Shown here: piece by piece, positions 28,363-38,252 of the stretch
Layout of the letters: every line of letters begins with the position of its first letter
How positions within the stretch are numbered: the first letter of the stretch is position 1
Assembly: GCA_964550425.1 (NCBI GenBank)
Contig: CAZJZB010000003.1
Coordinates: forward strand, 6-64,005
Source of the DNA: an uncultured Candidatus Saccharibacteria bacterium
GTDB taxonomy: Bacteria; Patescibacteriota; Minisyncoccia; Phycocordibacterales; Phycocordibacteraceae
Length of the DNA stretch: 64,000 bases
Direction of reading: 5' to 3'
The notes under the pieces: generated by a model
Told to the model about the DNA's origin: nothing
The model's input: only the letters and a program-made list of their open reading frames with translations
The model's database searches: none
Translations under genes and position numbers: made by a program

Positions 28363-30750
28363 ATGTCAAAAACCGCAAAAGTTTCCGTTCAGATAAAGGA
28401 GGTGAAAGATCTTTCCGTCAGCAAGACGGAGTCGCCGATTTCAAAAGAAACGCGCCGTTACCGCGATATGATCCCGCAGATAGAGAAACGCGACGGACGA
28501 TTGGTGCCATTCGATTTCGATAAGATCGCCGCCGCCGTGTGGAAGGCGCTCGCCGCGACAGAAGAGGGCGATCAGGATGATGCGACTCTCATCACGCATC
28601 AAGTGGCGGGCGAGCTCGGACGATTTGCAAAAAAATACAAGAATTTCCTTCCCACTGTTGAAGGCATTCAGGACTCGGTCGAGAAATATCTCATTTTGAA
28701 TGATTATGTGAAGACCGCGAAGGCGTATATTCTGTATCGCGACAAGCGCGCCCAGCTGCGCGCCTCTCATATTGAGATCCCGGAGCATGTGCGGAAACTT
28801 GCCGAAGAAAGTAAGAAATATTTTGAAGGTAACGCGCTCGGCGAGTTCGTGTACTTGCGCACGTATGCGAAATGGATTCCTGAAGAGGGGCGTCGCGAGA
28901 CGTGGGTGGAGACGGTAGATCGCTATATGAGTTTTATGCGTGAGAATCTCGGAGACAAACTTACTGAAAAAGAATATGCCGAAGTGCGCATGGGTATTCT
29001 GAAACAAGAAGTGATGCCATCAATGCGTCTTATGCAGTTTTCAGGCGAAGCGGCGCGCCGCTGCAATGCCTGTGCGTATAACTGCACCTTTGTCGCACCC
29101 GTGAGGATAGAGGACTTTGCCGAGATCATGTACCTCTCAATGCAGGGATGCGGTGTCGGGTTTGCGGTGGAGAGTCAGAACGTGGAACAACTCCCGCAAA
29201 TCATGAAGCAAACCGGACAGAAGTTACCTATCCATACTATTCTTGATTCCAAGGAAGGTTGGTGCGATGCTCTGACGCTCGGGCTCAAGACCTGGTATGC
29301 CGGTAAAGACATCATTTTCGATTTCTCAGAAATTCGTCCGGCGGGCGCGCGTCTCAAAACAATGGGCGGAAAGGCAAGCGGTCCCGAAGCACTCAAGAAC
29401 TTGCTTGCCTTTGCACGGGAGCGCGTGATTCGGCGCCAGGGGCGGCGTATGCGCACAATCGACGTACACGATGTCATTTGTAAGATTGGCGAGTGTGTGG
29501 TCGCGGGCGGGGTGCGGCGCACCGCGATGATATCGCTTTCCGACCTCGACGACGTGGAGATGCGCGACGCCAAGAAAGGCCAGTTCTATATGACCGACCC
29601 TCATCGTTCGGTCGCGAACAACTCCGCGGTCTATGAGGTGCAGCCAACGAATGCCGAACTCATGGACGAGTGGGTCGCGCTTATGAAAAGCGGAAGCGGC
29701 GAGCGAGGCATCTTCAATCGCGGATCACTCGCGAAGACCTTTCCGAAACGTCGGGAGGATTATTTTAAGAAAATCGGTTTCATTGGGGAAGACGGTTTCG
29801 TGCATGGGTCCATCGGCACGAACCCGTGTGCTGAAATTATTCTGCAATCAAAGCAATTCTGCAATCTTTCGGAGGTCATAGCGCGTGCGAATGATACGGA
29901 AGCATCACTCTTGAAGAAGACGCGTCTCGCAGCTATTCTCGGCACGTACCAATCAACGCTCACAAAGTTCGGCTACATCTCCAAAGAATGGACTGATCAT
30001 TGTAAAGAGGAACGACTCCTCGGTGTTTCGGTCACGGGGCAGTGGGATTCACCAGTGGCGCGACAGCCGGAAGTGATGCGCAAGGTCCGTGATATGGCGA
30101 TACAGACGAACACAACCTATGCGAAACGTTTCGGCGTGGAACGGTCTATGGCGGTTACCGCCGTGAAGCCCTCGGGCACGGTCTCCCAGACATTCAATTG
30201 CGCTTCAGGTATTCACCCGCGCCACGCACCCTACTACGTTCGCCGCGTACGCATCAGCGCGACCGATTCGCTTTTCAAAATGATGCGCGATCAAGGTGTT
30301 CCGTATTATCCGGAGGTGGGGCAGTCAATGGAAGAGGCGAACACTTTTGTTCTTGAGTTCCCGGTAAAAGCACCTGACCATTCAAAAGAAGCGCGATTTA
30401 AAGACGATCTCTCGGCAATCGACCAACTTGAGTATTGGAAGCAAGTGAAGATTAACCTTACCGAGCACAATCCCTCGGCGACTATCTCTGTAAGCGAAAA
30501 TGAATGGATTGGTGTCGTTGATTGGATTCAGAAAAACTGGGATATCATTGGTGGGCTCTCATTTCTCCCCCGTTCTGACCACGTATACCGCCTCGCGCCT
30601 TACGAGACGATTACGAAAGAGGAATATGAGGCACGCATATCCCGTTTCCCTGAAGTGGATTACTCAAACCTTATTGCCTATGAGCGTCAGGATGAATCGG
30701 ATATGAAGAGGGAACTCGCCTGCGCCGGCGGGACTTGTGAAATAGTATAA
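28363..30750 (+). CDS. nrdJ: ribonucleotide reductase, class II (adenosylcobalamin-dependent), with N-terminal ATP-cone
   Basis: ATP-cone (RDGRLVPFDFDKIAAAVWKA), active-site NPCAEI, C-terminal Cys pair (CAGGTCE); ~796 aa, monomeric class II architecture. Confidence 0.8.
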   Translation: MSKTAKVSVQIKEVKDLSVSKTESPISKETRRYRDMIPQIEKRDGRLVPFDFDKIAAAVWKALAATEEGDQDDATLITHQVAGELGRFAKKYKNFLPTVEGIQDSVEKYLILNDYVKTAKAYILYRDKRAQLRASHIEIPEHVRKLAEESKKYFEGNALGEFVYLRTYAKWIPEEGRRETWVETVDRYMSFMRENLGDKLTEKEYAEVRMGILKQEVMPSMRLMQFSGEAARRCNACAYNCTFVAPVRIEDFAEIMYLSMQGCGVGFAVESQNVEQLPQIMKQTGQKLPIHTILDSKEGWCDALTLGLKTWYAGKDIIFDFSEIRPAGARLKTMGGKASGPEALKNLLAFARERVIRRQGRRMRTIDVHDVICKIGECVVAGGVRRTAMISLSDLDDVEMRDAKKGQFYMTDPHRSVANNSAVYEVQPTNAELMDEWVALMKSGSGERGIFNRGSLAKTFPKRREDYFKKIGFIGEDGFVHGSIGTNPCAEIILQSKQFCNLSEVIARANDTEASLLKKTRLAAILGTYQSTLTKFGYISKEWTDHCKEERLLGVSVTGQWDSPVARQPEVMRKVRDMAIQTNTTYAKRFGVERSMAVTAVKPSGTVSQTFNCASGIHPRHAPYYVRRVRISATDSLFKMMRDQGVPYYPEVGQSMEEANTFVLEFPVKAPDHSKEARFKDDLSAIDQLEYWKQVKINLTEHNPSATISVSENEWIGVVDWIQKNWDIIGGLSFLPRSDHVYRLAPYETITKEEYEARISRFPEVDYSNLIAYERQDESDMKRELACAGGTCEIV

Positions 30751-30778
30751 AATCATTTCCGCCCCTTCGTTCAAGCAA

Positions 30779-30806
30779 AAACCCACGCAGGAGCGTGGGT
30801 TTTTGC
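30779..30806. terminator. bidirectional rho-independent terminator (for nrdJ on + and rnpB on -)
   Basis: aaaaacccacgc-agga-gcgtgggtttttg; A-run and T-run on both sides. Confidence 0.7.
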
Positions 30807-30812
30807 ATTTTT

Positions 30813-31400
30813 CAGACCGAGCCGATAAGCCGAATTCTGTGCCGATTCTGCCCACCGGAGGTGGCTACAGAATCGAGCATCCCGAGTCCAGCGAGGGACT
30901 GGCCCCTCACTTTGTTCGGAACGCTCAATTTATGCAACTGCCTGCGGCAGGCAAAATCGGTGATGATCATTTATCTGGGACGTTGATTACTCAGCGCCTC
31001 AAGCGGCACCCCGCCAGCGCAAAGCGCTGGCGATACGGCCTTGCATGCGGGTAAGGATTTGTTCGTTGCACCCCGAAAGTTACCTTCCGGATTCGCCCCA
31101 TGAGATAGTCGCTTGCGCGACATCTCACGGGGCGCCTTCCCACTTTCGTTCGAAGGCGTCTCTGTAGGCACCTCTATCCTCGCGGACGACGGGCGTTACC
31201 CGCTACCTGTTTGTCAATTCTGCCCACCGGAGGTGGTTGCAGAATCAAGCATCCCGAGTATTTTGCGAGGGATTGACCCCTCACTTCGTTCGGGACGCTC
31301 AATTTTGCAGCTGCCTGCGGCAGGCAAAATTGGCGCATGTTCGGACTTTCCTACCCGCCTGTTCTTGGAGAACAGGCGGGTCGATCGCCCAGCTCGGTCC
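30813..31400 (-). ncRNA. rnpB: RNase P RNA (bacterial type), unusually long (~590 nt) with an internal duplicated ~125-nt module
   Basis: Minus-strand 3' end ACAGAAUUCGGCUUAUCGGCUCGGUCUG matches the bacterial consensus ACAGAAnCCGGCUUAUCGG. The 5' P4 strand AGGAAAGUCCGAAC (31339-31352) pairs with UUCGGCUU while keeping the bulged U (compensatory GG>AA/CC>UU). P1 is GGACCGAGCU/GGCUCGGUCUG. P3 hairpin at 31363-31392. P8-like CCGGAAGGUAACUUUCGG at 31073-31090. GUGCAAC motif present. Confidence 0.7.
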
Positions 31401-31440
31401 GCGTGCACTATATCACAATATATAGTGTGGATAGAATATC

Positions 31441-31470
31441 TGGACAGCACTGCCGATAAGGTATACTGAA
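31441..31470 (+). promoter_or_regulatory. putative sigma70-type promoter for the downstream membrane-protein gene
   Basis: tggaca (-35) … tatact (-10) about 35 nt upstream of the ATG at 31508. Confidence 0.4.
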
Positions 31471-31507
31471 CGGTATTACTACTTGAATAACATCAACCGA
31501 ATCAACC

Positions 31508-33904
31508 ATGCCTCCAGAACATCAAACAGTCGCTCCTCTCGATTCCTTTCGGGGCAAGAAGCCGCGCCGCTCGCTCGAGACCATAAGTATTTGGGCGCTC
31601 CTCGCCACTCTTATTGTTGCCGTTTTTATTTTTATTCCGTCCGCAGCCGTCCCATTCACAACGACTAAAACATTCGTGCTTGCCACCGGTGCGCTCATCA
31701 CGATCGCACTCTATATTCTCGCGCGTCTCGGGCGTGGCAATGTCATCTTCCCGCCTCTCATGCTTGTTGGTGCGCTCTGTCTGCCCGTGCTCGCATATAT
31801 TCTCTCGGCGACATTTTCCGGAGTATCGTTCACCAACGCTCTCTGGGGAACGGCGATTGAACCGGACACACTCGGCTTTATACTCATCGCGACTTGTCTC
31901 GGCGTCTTGACGACGCTCATGCTGAGGCGCTCCGAACACTATCGATCCTTCCTCCGCGCGGGCTTTTCCGTGTTCGCCGCCATCGCTGTTGTTGAGGCGC
32001 TCGTCGTCATCATTGGACAATTCGCACCGAACACGATTTCACCGGCGTTTTCTATTATTGGTTCCTTTGACGATCTCGCGTTTCTACTCGGGCTCGGTAT
32101 CATCGGTATTCTCATCACCTTTCGATTTCTCGAGCTCTCGCAGCGCGCGCGTAACACGTTTAGCGTTGTTGGCGTTATAGCGCTCGTTTTGCTTGCGATT
32201 GCAAATTCCTCGCTTGTGTGGATTCTGGTCGCACTTGTTTCACTCGGTCTCTTTGTTGAAGCGGTTATGCAGCGCGGGTCAAAGAACGCCGACACCGATC
32301 TCGATGATGTCGCCGTTATGGACGAAACGCCGCTTGAGGCGGATAGGAACAGTCATTCGCTCGTCATGCCGCTCTTCGTGCTTGCCGTCTCACTCTTCTT
32401 CCTCATCGGCGGCACACTCGGCAGCGCTTTGGCGAATGCGCTCAACGTGAACGTCCTCACTGTTCGTCCTTCGTGGCAGTCGACCCTCGCGGTTGGCCAG
32501 CAGACGTACGTCACATCGCCGGTTTTTGGTACCGGTCCCGGCTCCTTCGGAGCTGAGTGGCTTAAGTATCGTGACGCGTCCTTGAACTCAACTGTCTTCT
32601 GGAATGTGGATTTCTCTTCCGGTATCGGGTTCATTCCGACCTCGTTCGTGACCACCGGAATTCTCGGAGCCCTTGCGTGGATCGGGCTTCTGTTGCTCTT
32701 TATTGTGTTCGGCTTGCGTATGCTTATCCAGCGCGCGCCGCAGAATGCATTTATCCGGTATGTCGCGATATTCTCGTTTATCGCTTCGCTCTATCTCTTC
32801 ACGGTCGCGATCTTCGGGCTGCCCAATACGGTCATTCTCGCCCTCACATTCGTCTTCGCCGGTCTCTTCGTCTCGACGACGCGTTTCGCCGCAGAGAGTG
32901 AACAATGGGGTATCATCTTCTCGCACAGCCCGCGGATAGGATTCGTCATAGTGTTCTCTCTCACGATCCTTCTGCTTGCGTCGGTCGTTGCCGCTTACTC
33001 GCTCGTTGGGCGTTACATTGCCACGACGGAACTCGTGAACGCGAACACCGCATTCTCCGCCGGTAATCTTGAGAGCGCCGATACGTCAGCACGGAATTCA
33101 ATTTCCTTCGCGCCGAGTGCGGTCGCCTATCAGATTCAGGCAGGAATTGCAGGCGCTCGCCTGGATAGAATAATCGCTTCCACGACAATGCCGACAGCTC
33201 TCGCGCAGCAAGCATTTCAAACGGCGCTCTCGGGGGGCATCAATGCCGCACTGACTGCGACACGTCTCGCTCCTTCTAATTATCAGAATTGGCTCGTACT
33301 GGGGAACCTTTATGCCAAAGCGGTTCCGCTTTCGGTTTCGGGTGCCTACGATAGCGCCAAGACCGCATACGAGAAGGCACAAGCCCTGAACCCGACGAAT
33401 CCCCAAATCCCTTACATTCTTGCGCAACTGAACATCGCGAACAGGAATATAAAGGCAGCCAATGACAACCTTAAGGCCGCCATTACGCTCAAGCAGGATT
33501 ACACGACCGCCATCTTCCTCCTTTCGCAACTCGAGGTTCAAGACGGTAATGTGAAAGACGCACTTGCCTCCGCTCTCGCGGCCGCCTACTTCACCCCAAA
33601 TGATCCGAACATTCTCTTCCAAGTTGGTATTTTGAGCGCGGCGGAAAATGATTTACCGGGAGCCATTAACGCGCTCTCGGCGGCAGTCGCAGCGAATCCG
33701 CAATTCGCGAATGCGCGCTACTTCCTCTCGGCGGTTTATGCGAAGCGGGGCGATATGCGCAATGCACTCGCACAAATGCAGGCGATCGCAGCACTCTCGA
33801 GCGAAAACGCGGCGGCGGTGGTGACGCAGCTTGCGGCACTTGAAGCGGGCAAGAATCCATTCCCCGCGAATCTTCTCTCTGTTTCTCCGGCACCCGTGAA
33901 ATAG
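31508..33904 (+). CDS. polytopic membrane protein (O-antigen-ligase/Wzy-like hydrophobic core) with C-terminal TPR repeats
   Basis: At least 10 predicted TM helices followed by ~250 aa of TPR-like repeats (…YQNWLVLGNLYAKA…ARYFLSAVYAKRGD…). Confidence 0.55.
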   Translation: MPPEHQTVAPLDSFRGKKPRRSLETISIWALLATLIVAVFIFIPSAAVPFTTTKTFVLATGALITIALYILARLGRGNVIFPPLMLVGALCLPVLAYILSATFSGVSFTNALWGTAIEPDTLGFILIATCLGVLTTLMLRRSEHYRSFLRAGFSVFAAIAVVEALVVIIGQFAPNTISPAFSIIGSFDDLAFLLGLGIIGILITFRFLELSQRARNTFSVVGVIALVLLAIANSSLVWILVALVSLGLFVEAVMQRGSKNADTDLDDVAVMDETPLEADRNSHSLVMPLFVLAVSLFFLIGGTLGSALANALNVNVLTVRPSWQSTLAVGQQTYVTSPVFGTGPGSFGAEWLKYRDASLNSTVFWNVDFSSGIGFIPTSFVTTGILGALAWIGLLLLFIVFGLRMLIQRAPQNAFIRYVAIFSFIASLYLFTVAIFGLPNTVILALTFVFAGLFVSTTRFAAESEQWGIIFSHSPRIGFVIVFSLTILLLASVVAAYSLVGRYIATTELVNANTAFSAGNLESADTSARNSISFAPSAVAYQIQAGIAGARLDRIIASTTMPTALAQQAFQTALSGGINAALTATRLAPSNYQNWLVLGNLYAKAVPLSVSGAYDSAKTAYEKAQALNPTNPQIPYILAQLNIANRNIKAANDNLKAAITLKQDYTTAIFLLSQLEVQDGNVKDALASALAAAYFTPNDPNILFQVGILSAAENDLPGAINALSAAVAANPQFANARYFLSAVYAKRGDMRNALAQMQAIAALSSENAAAVVTQLAALEAGKNPFPANLLSVSPAPVK

Positions 33905-33929
33905 CGAGGAATGAGAGTACTATAGGGCG

Positions 33930-35636
33930 ATGGTTCGACAAATTTTCGAGCGCATTACGGCGCCGGTGCGCGAGTTGGTGATGCGGCCGGTGCACAACCT
34001 TCATCAGGCGGCGTATCTGCTCGCGGCGCTTACTATTGCCTCACAAGTACTTGCTCTTCTGCGCGACCGAACCTTCGCCGACATCTTTGGCGCGAGTCAG
34101 GCGCTTGATCTCTACTACGCGGCGTTCCGTGTACCGGATCTCGTCTTCGCTCTCGTCTCTTCGCTTGTGAGCGCATACGTTCTTATTCCGCGTATTACGG
34201 GGATGGATAGGGAAGCAACTCGGCGGCTTCTTTCCGAATCGGCGTCATTTCTCTTTGGTTTTGGCGGTCTCATCTGCGTAGCGCTTGCTTTCCTCATGCC
34301 GCAATTCCTCGCGTTTTTGTATCCGGGTCTTATCACCTCTCCGTACCACGACGAGTTTGTACTGCTCGCACGCATCCTGCTTCTGCAACCCATTCTGCTC
34401 GGGATTTCAGGCGTGCTCTCGAGCGTGACACAAGTGCATCGGCGGTTTACGCTTTTCGCACTCTCGCCCGTTCTCTACAATAGTGGCATCATCTTCGGCA
34501 CTGTCTTCCTGTATCCATACTGGGGGCTCCCGGGAATCGGTGTAGGCGTTGTTCTGGGCGCGCTCGCATATCTCGCTGTACATATTCCGGTGCTTATTGA
34601 GGCGGGCGTTATCCCGCGTCTTGTCCTTCCGAAGTTCGCTCCCATGGCATCCATCATGCGGGACTCCGTACCGCGCTCGCTCGCGCTTGGTGCTGGTTCA
34701 GTTACCGCGCTTGTGCTGACGGCGCTCGCATCTCGTATCGGCACCGGCGCGGTCTCCGTCTTCACTTTTGCCAGTAATCTGGAAGCGGTTCCGCTCGCGC
34801 TCATCGGCTCGTCCTATGCGGTGGCGGCATTTCCGGCGCTCTCCGAAGCATCGGCGCTGGATAAGCGCGATGAATTCACACGCATCCTTTCCTCAAGCGC
34901 GCGCCACATCATCCTCTGGTCATTTGTCGCCCTCGGACTCATTGCGGTTCTGCGCGCGCATATCGTGCGCGTTATTCTCGGCACGGGCGCGTTTGATTGG
35001 GATGCGACGCGTCTTACGGCCGCTCTTCTGGTCATTCTTGCCGTCGGTCTCGTCGCGCAGGGACTGGTGCTTCTTTTCTCGCGCGCGCTCTACGCGGCTC
35101 GACAGTCCTGGCGCCCGTTCTTGTACCAGCTTGCCGGCGGCGCTCTCACCGTGTTTCTCGCCATCGCATTTCTGCGAATGGAGAATACAGGATTCCCCTC
35201 CTCTCTCGCCGTTTTCTTGCGAGTAGGGGATGTGCAGGGGACAGGGATTCTGCTTCTCGCGCTCGCAGCAACGCTCGGCCAGATATTTCTCGCGTTACTC
35301 TCTCTCGTCGCGCTGCGGAGCATCGTACCCGGTCTTGCACGCACGCTTGCACGACCCTGTATGGACGGTGGTCTTGCTGCGCTTGCCGGCGGCGCAGCGG
35401 CTTACGCCACTCTCGTCTTTGAGGGCGGTATCGCGCCGCTTACGACTCTCATGGCGGTCTTCACGCAAGGACTCATTGCTGGTATCGTTGGCCTTATCGC
35501 TTCGGCGTTTGCGCTGTATCTTGTTGAAAATGAAGAATTTCGCATTGTGACGAATGCGCTCGGCAAACTCGTACGTTTGCCGCAAGGACGTTCTGCCGCT
35601 CTCGCGCCTTCCGCCGAAGAACCAGTACAATCGTGA
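33930..35636 (+). CDS. murJ: lipid II flippase MurJ (MviN)
   Basis: MviN/MurJ signature N-terminus (…ALLRDRTFADIFGASQALDLYYAAFRVPDL…) and 14-TM topology; 568 aa. Confidence 0.8.
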   Translation: MVRQIFERITAPVRELVMRPVHNLHQAAYLLAALTIASQVLALLRDRTFADIFGASQALDLYYAAFRVPDLVFALVSSLVSAYVLIPRITGMDREATRRLLSESASFLFGFGGLICVALAFLMPQFLAFLYPGLITSPYHDEFVLLARILLLQPILLGISGVLSSVTQVHRRFTLFALSPVLYNSGIIFGTVFLYPYWGLPGIGVGVVLGALAYLAVHIPVLIEAGVIPRLVLPKFAPMASIMRDSVPRSLALGAGSVTALVLTALASRIGTGAVSVFTFASNLEAVPLALIGSSYAVAAFPALSEASALDKRDEFTRILSSSARHIILWSFVALGLIAVLRAHIVRVILGTGAFDWDATRLTAALLVILAVGLVAQGLVLLFSRALYAARQSWRPFLYQLAGGALTVFLAIAFLRMENTGFPSSLAVFLRVGDVQGTGILLLALAATLGQIFLALLSLVALRSIVPGLARTLARPCMDGGLAALAGGAAAYATLVFEGGIAPLTTLMAVFTQGLIAGIVGLIASAFALYLVENEEFRIVTNALGKLVRLPQGRSAALAPSAEEPVQS

Positions 35637-37474
35637 ATCCAGAACGTATTCGTAATTTTTCCATCGTTGCCCATGTTGACCATGGGAAGTCGACTCTTGC
35701 CGATCGTCTGCTTGAGCGCGCCGGTACCATTCCGGCGCGCTTGATGCGCGACCAAGTGCTTGACCGTATGGACCTCGAGCGCGAACGGGGTATTACGATC
35801 AAAATGCAACCCGTGAGAATGATTTATCATTCCACGGGTCCCGAGCGAAGCGAGGGGCCGGACTATATTTTGAATCTTATCGACACACCAGGACACATTG
35901 ATTTCTCCTATGAGGTCTCGCGCGCGCTTTCGGCAGTCGAGGGCGTACTCTTGCTTGTTGACTCGACACAAGGCGTACAGGCGCAAACACTGACAACACT
36001 CGCAGCGGCGCGCTCGCAAGGATGCGTCATCATTCCGGTTGTCTCCAAAATTGACTCTCCCGCCGCGCGTATATCTGAAGTGAAAGCCGAACTCGCGAAG
36101 CTTTTGCATGTCTCAAATGACGAAGTGCTCGCTGTGTCGGGAAGGACGGGAGCTGGTGTTGACGAGCTTCTTGAGGCAATCGTCAGTCGTGTACCCCCTC
36201 CTTCGCACAAGGATGTGGGGGGTAAGGCCGTCGGAACAGATGAACCAAGGGGCACTACCTTTGATTTTTCCTATTCAAAGCATCGCGGTATTGCGGTGTA
36301 TCTACGCGTATTCGATGGTACGTTCAAAAAGGGTCAATCGCTTACATTTCATGCCGCAAAAAAAGATTTTGTAGCGCTTGAGGTCGGTATTTTTGCGCCG
36401 GAGGAGACGCCTACCGATTCGCTTTCTGCTGGCGAGATTGGCTACATCGTGACAGGCATTAAAGAGCCGGGTATCGTCGCGGTTGGCGACACTATTGGCT
36501 CAGTACGAGGTTCTCTCGGAGCCCTTGGGGGCTTTGAGCGGCCGCGCCCCGTCGTCTGGGCATCGGTGTATCCTGAGAGTCAGGATGATCTTCCGTCGCT
36601 AAGAAAAGCGCTTGAGCGATTACGACTCTCCGATTCATCACTCTCCTTTGAAGAAGAGTCATCAGGTGTACTCGGGAGAGGATTTCGTTGCGGTTTTCTC
36701 GGGCTCCTGCATCTGGAAATTGTAACCGAGCGCTTGAAGAGGGAATTCAGTATCTCACTCATTGTCACCATCCCGACCATTTCCTATGTGATTACGAGAA
36801 TGAACGGTACACACGAAATCATTTACACGCCAGCGAAATTTCCGGAACAGGGCGATATTTTAGAAATAAAAGAGCCATGGGCAAAAGTTATCATCATCAC
36901 TCCGCCCAACTCGCTTAGTGCACTCATCCAAATACTCTATGAGCATGAGGCACAAACACTCTCTACCGAGACCTATGAGGACGGTCGGGTCGAGATGGCT
37001 GTGGAGATGCCACTTCGGGAGCTTATGCGCGGCTTCTTTGATACACTGAAAAACATCTCTTCGGGCTATGCGTCGCTTTCCTACGAACTCCTTCCCGAAC
37101 GTTCGGCAGATGTGGTGCGACTCGATATCCTCGTTGCCGAGGAACCGGTAGCGGCATTCGCGCGCGTATGCGCACGGAGGCGCGTAGAAGAAGACGCGGA
37201 GAAGATGGTAGAGAAGCTCTACACACTCCTACCGAAGCAACTTTTTATTACAAAGATTCAGGCAAAAGTGCAGGGGCGCATTATCGCCTCACGGACGCTC
37301 TCAGCAATGCGGAAAGATGTTACGGGCTACCTCTATGGCGGCGATGTCTCGCGCAAAAACAAGCTCTTGGATAAACAAAAGCGCGGTAAAAAGAAAATGC
37401 TCGCGCGCGGCACCGGCAAGGTCAATATTCCAGAAGAGGTTTTTATGAAGATGGTGCAATCTTCCGCCGAATAA
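35633..37474 (+). CDS. lepA: elongation factor 4 (LepA)
   Basis: NFSIVAHVDHGKSTLADRLL G-domain and a LepA-specific C-terminal domain; overlaps the murJ stop. Confidence 0.9.
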   Translation: MNPERIRNFSIVAHVDHGKSTLADRLLERAGTIPARLMRDQVLDRMDLERERGITIKMQPVRMIYHSTGPERSEGPDYILNLIDTPGHIDFSYEVSRALSAVEGVLLLVDSTQGVQAQTLTTLAAARSQGCVIIPVVSKIDSPAARISEVKAELAKLLHVSNDEVLAVSGRTGAGVDELLEAIVSRVPPPSHKDVGGKAVGTDEPRGTTFDFSYSKHRGIAVYLRVFDGTFKKGQSLTFHAAKKDFVALEVGIFAPEETPTDSLSAGEIGYIVTGIKEPGIVAVGDTIGSVRGSLGALGGFERPRPVVWASVYPESQDDLPSLRKALERLRLSDSSLSFEEESSGVLGRGFRCGFLGLLHLEIVTERLKREFSISLIVTIPTISYVITRMNGTHEIIYTPAKFPEQGDILEIKEPWAKVIIITPPNSLSALIQILYEHEAQTLSTETYEDGRVEMAVEMPLRELMRGFFDTLKNISSGYASLSYELLPERSADVVRLDILVAEEPVAAFARVCARRRVEEDAEKMVEKLYTLLPKQLFITKIQAKVQGRIIASRTLSAMRKDVTGYLYGGDVSRKNKLLDKQKRGKKKMLARGTGKVNIPEEVFMKMVQSSAE

Positions 37475-37491
37475 TCGGTTATACTCGAACC

Positions 37492-37833
37492 ATGCGCAAG
37501 GAGCAATGGCGACAAGGAGTCCTCATCAGCATCCTTTTGCTCGCCGCATTCTGGCTCCTGTCGCTTATTATAGGACTCGTCGGGAAGGCGAGAGTGGCAG
37601 TTGGAGAAGCGCATAATGCCCAAGGGCAATATCAGGCGCTTGAGGAGAGGAAAGCGATATTGGAAGGGAATCTTGCCACGCTCGCCACGGAACGTGGACA
37701 GGATGCAGCCACTCGGACAGCTTTTGGGGTTGCGCGGCCGGGAGAAGAGGTTATCGTAGTGGTACCGCCCGATTCGAAGATTCCGACGACGACACCATCC
37801 TGGTGGCAGCAGATATTGGATTGGTTCCAGTAG
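37492..37833 (+). CDS. FtsB/DivIC-like septum-formation initiator (putative)
   Basis: Single TM followed by a short coiled coil (…AHNAQGQYQALEERKAILEGNLATLA…); the stop abuts tRNA-Gly. Confidence 0.4.
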   Translation: MRKEQWRQGVLISILLLAAFWLLSLIIGLVGKARVAVGEAHNAQGQYQALEERKAILEGNLATLATERGQDAATRTAFGVARPGEEVIVVVPPDSKIPTTTPSWWQQILDWFQ

Positions 37834-37903
37834 CGGAATTGGTTTAGTGGTAGAACAGTTGCTTCCCAAGCAACGGGCGGGAGTTCGATTCTCCCATTCC
37901 GCA
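37833..37903 (+). tRNA. tRNA-Gly (anticodon CCC)
   Basis: Manual cloverleaf: acceptor gcggaat/attccgc, anticodon loop ttcccaa, T-loop ttcgatt. Confidence 0.8.
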
Positions 37904-37960
37904 CTACTTCGCTCGATTAGGAAATCGAGCTACGAAGTGCACAGCACAGATGTTTCTGGG
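37904..37960 (+). repeat. tRNA-trailer hairpin element, copy 1 (12-bp stem with UA bulge, AGGA loop, conserved 3' tail)
   Basis: ctacttcgctcGATTaggaAATCgagctacgaagtgcacagcacagatgtttct; paralog at 38489-38545. Confidence 0.7.
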
Positions 37961-38001
37961 GATAACCATACGTGCTATACTCGCCATATAACTTCATGTA
38001 T

Positions 38002-38244
38002 ATGGATAAAACTATCACTATTTATAGCACTCCAACGTGTCACTTCTGCCAAATGACCAAAGATTTTCTTAAGGAAAAAGGTATTGGGTATACCGAGTTT
38101 AATGTCGCAAGCGATTTGGAGAAGCGTCAGGAGATGATTCAGAAATCCGGCCAGATGGGCGTACCCGTCATCTTTATTGGGAATGAAATGATCATCGGTT
38201 TCGACAAGGAGAGGATTGCTACCTACCTCGGCGTCACCGCGTAA
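38002..38244 (+). CDS. glutaredoxin/NrdH-like redoxin
   Basis: TIYSTPTCHFCQ (CxxC) in a glutaredoxin-fold ~80-aa protein; AT-rich; TGCTATACT extended -10 upstream. Confidence 0.7.
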   Translation: MDKTITIYSTPTCHFCQMTKDFLKEKGIGYTEFNVASDLEKRQEMIQKSGQMGVPVIFIGNEMIIGFDKERIATYLGVTA

Positions 38245-38252
38245 TCCGTTCG

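Noticed and set aside
30803-31469. ORFs 30803-31054 and 31113-31469 and the possibility that the two ~125-bp repeats are a CRISPR-like array or MITE pair
   Set aside because: The repeated module is translated in different frames in the two ORFs. The whole interval is better explained as one minus-strand RNase P RNA, with P1/P4 pairing spanning both copies. There are only two copies, with no spacer/repeat periodicity.
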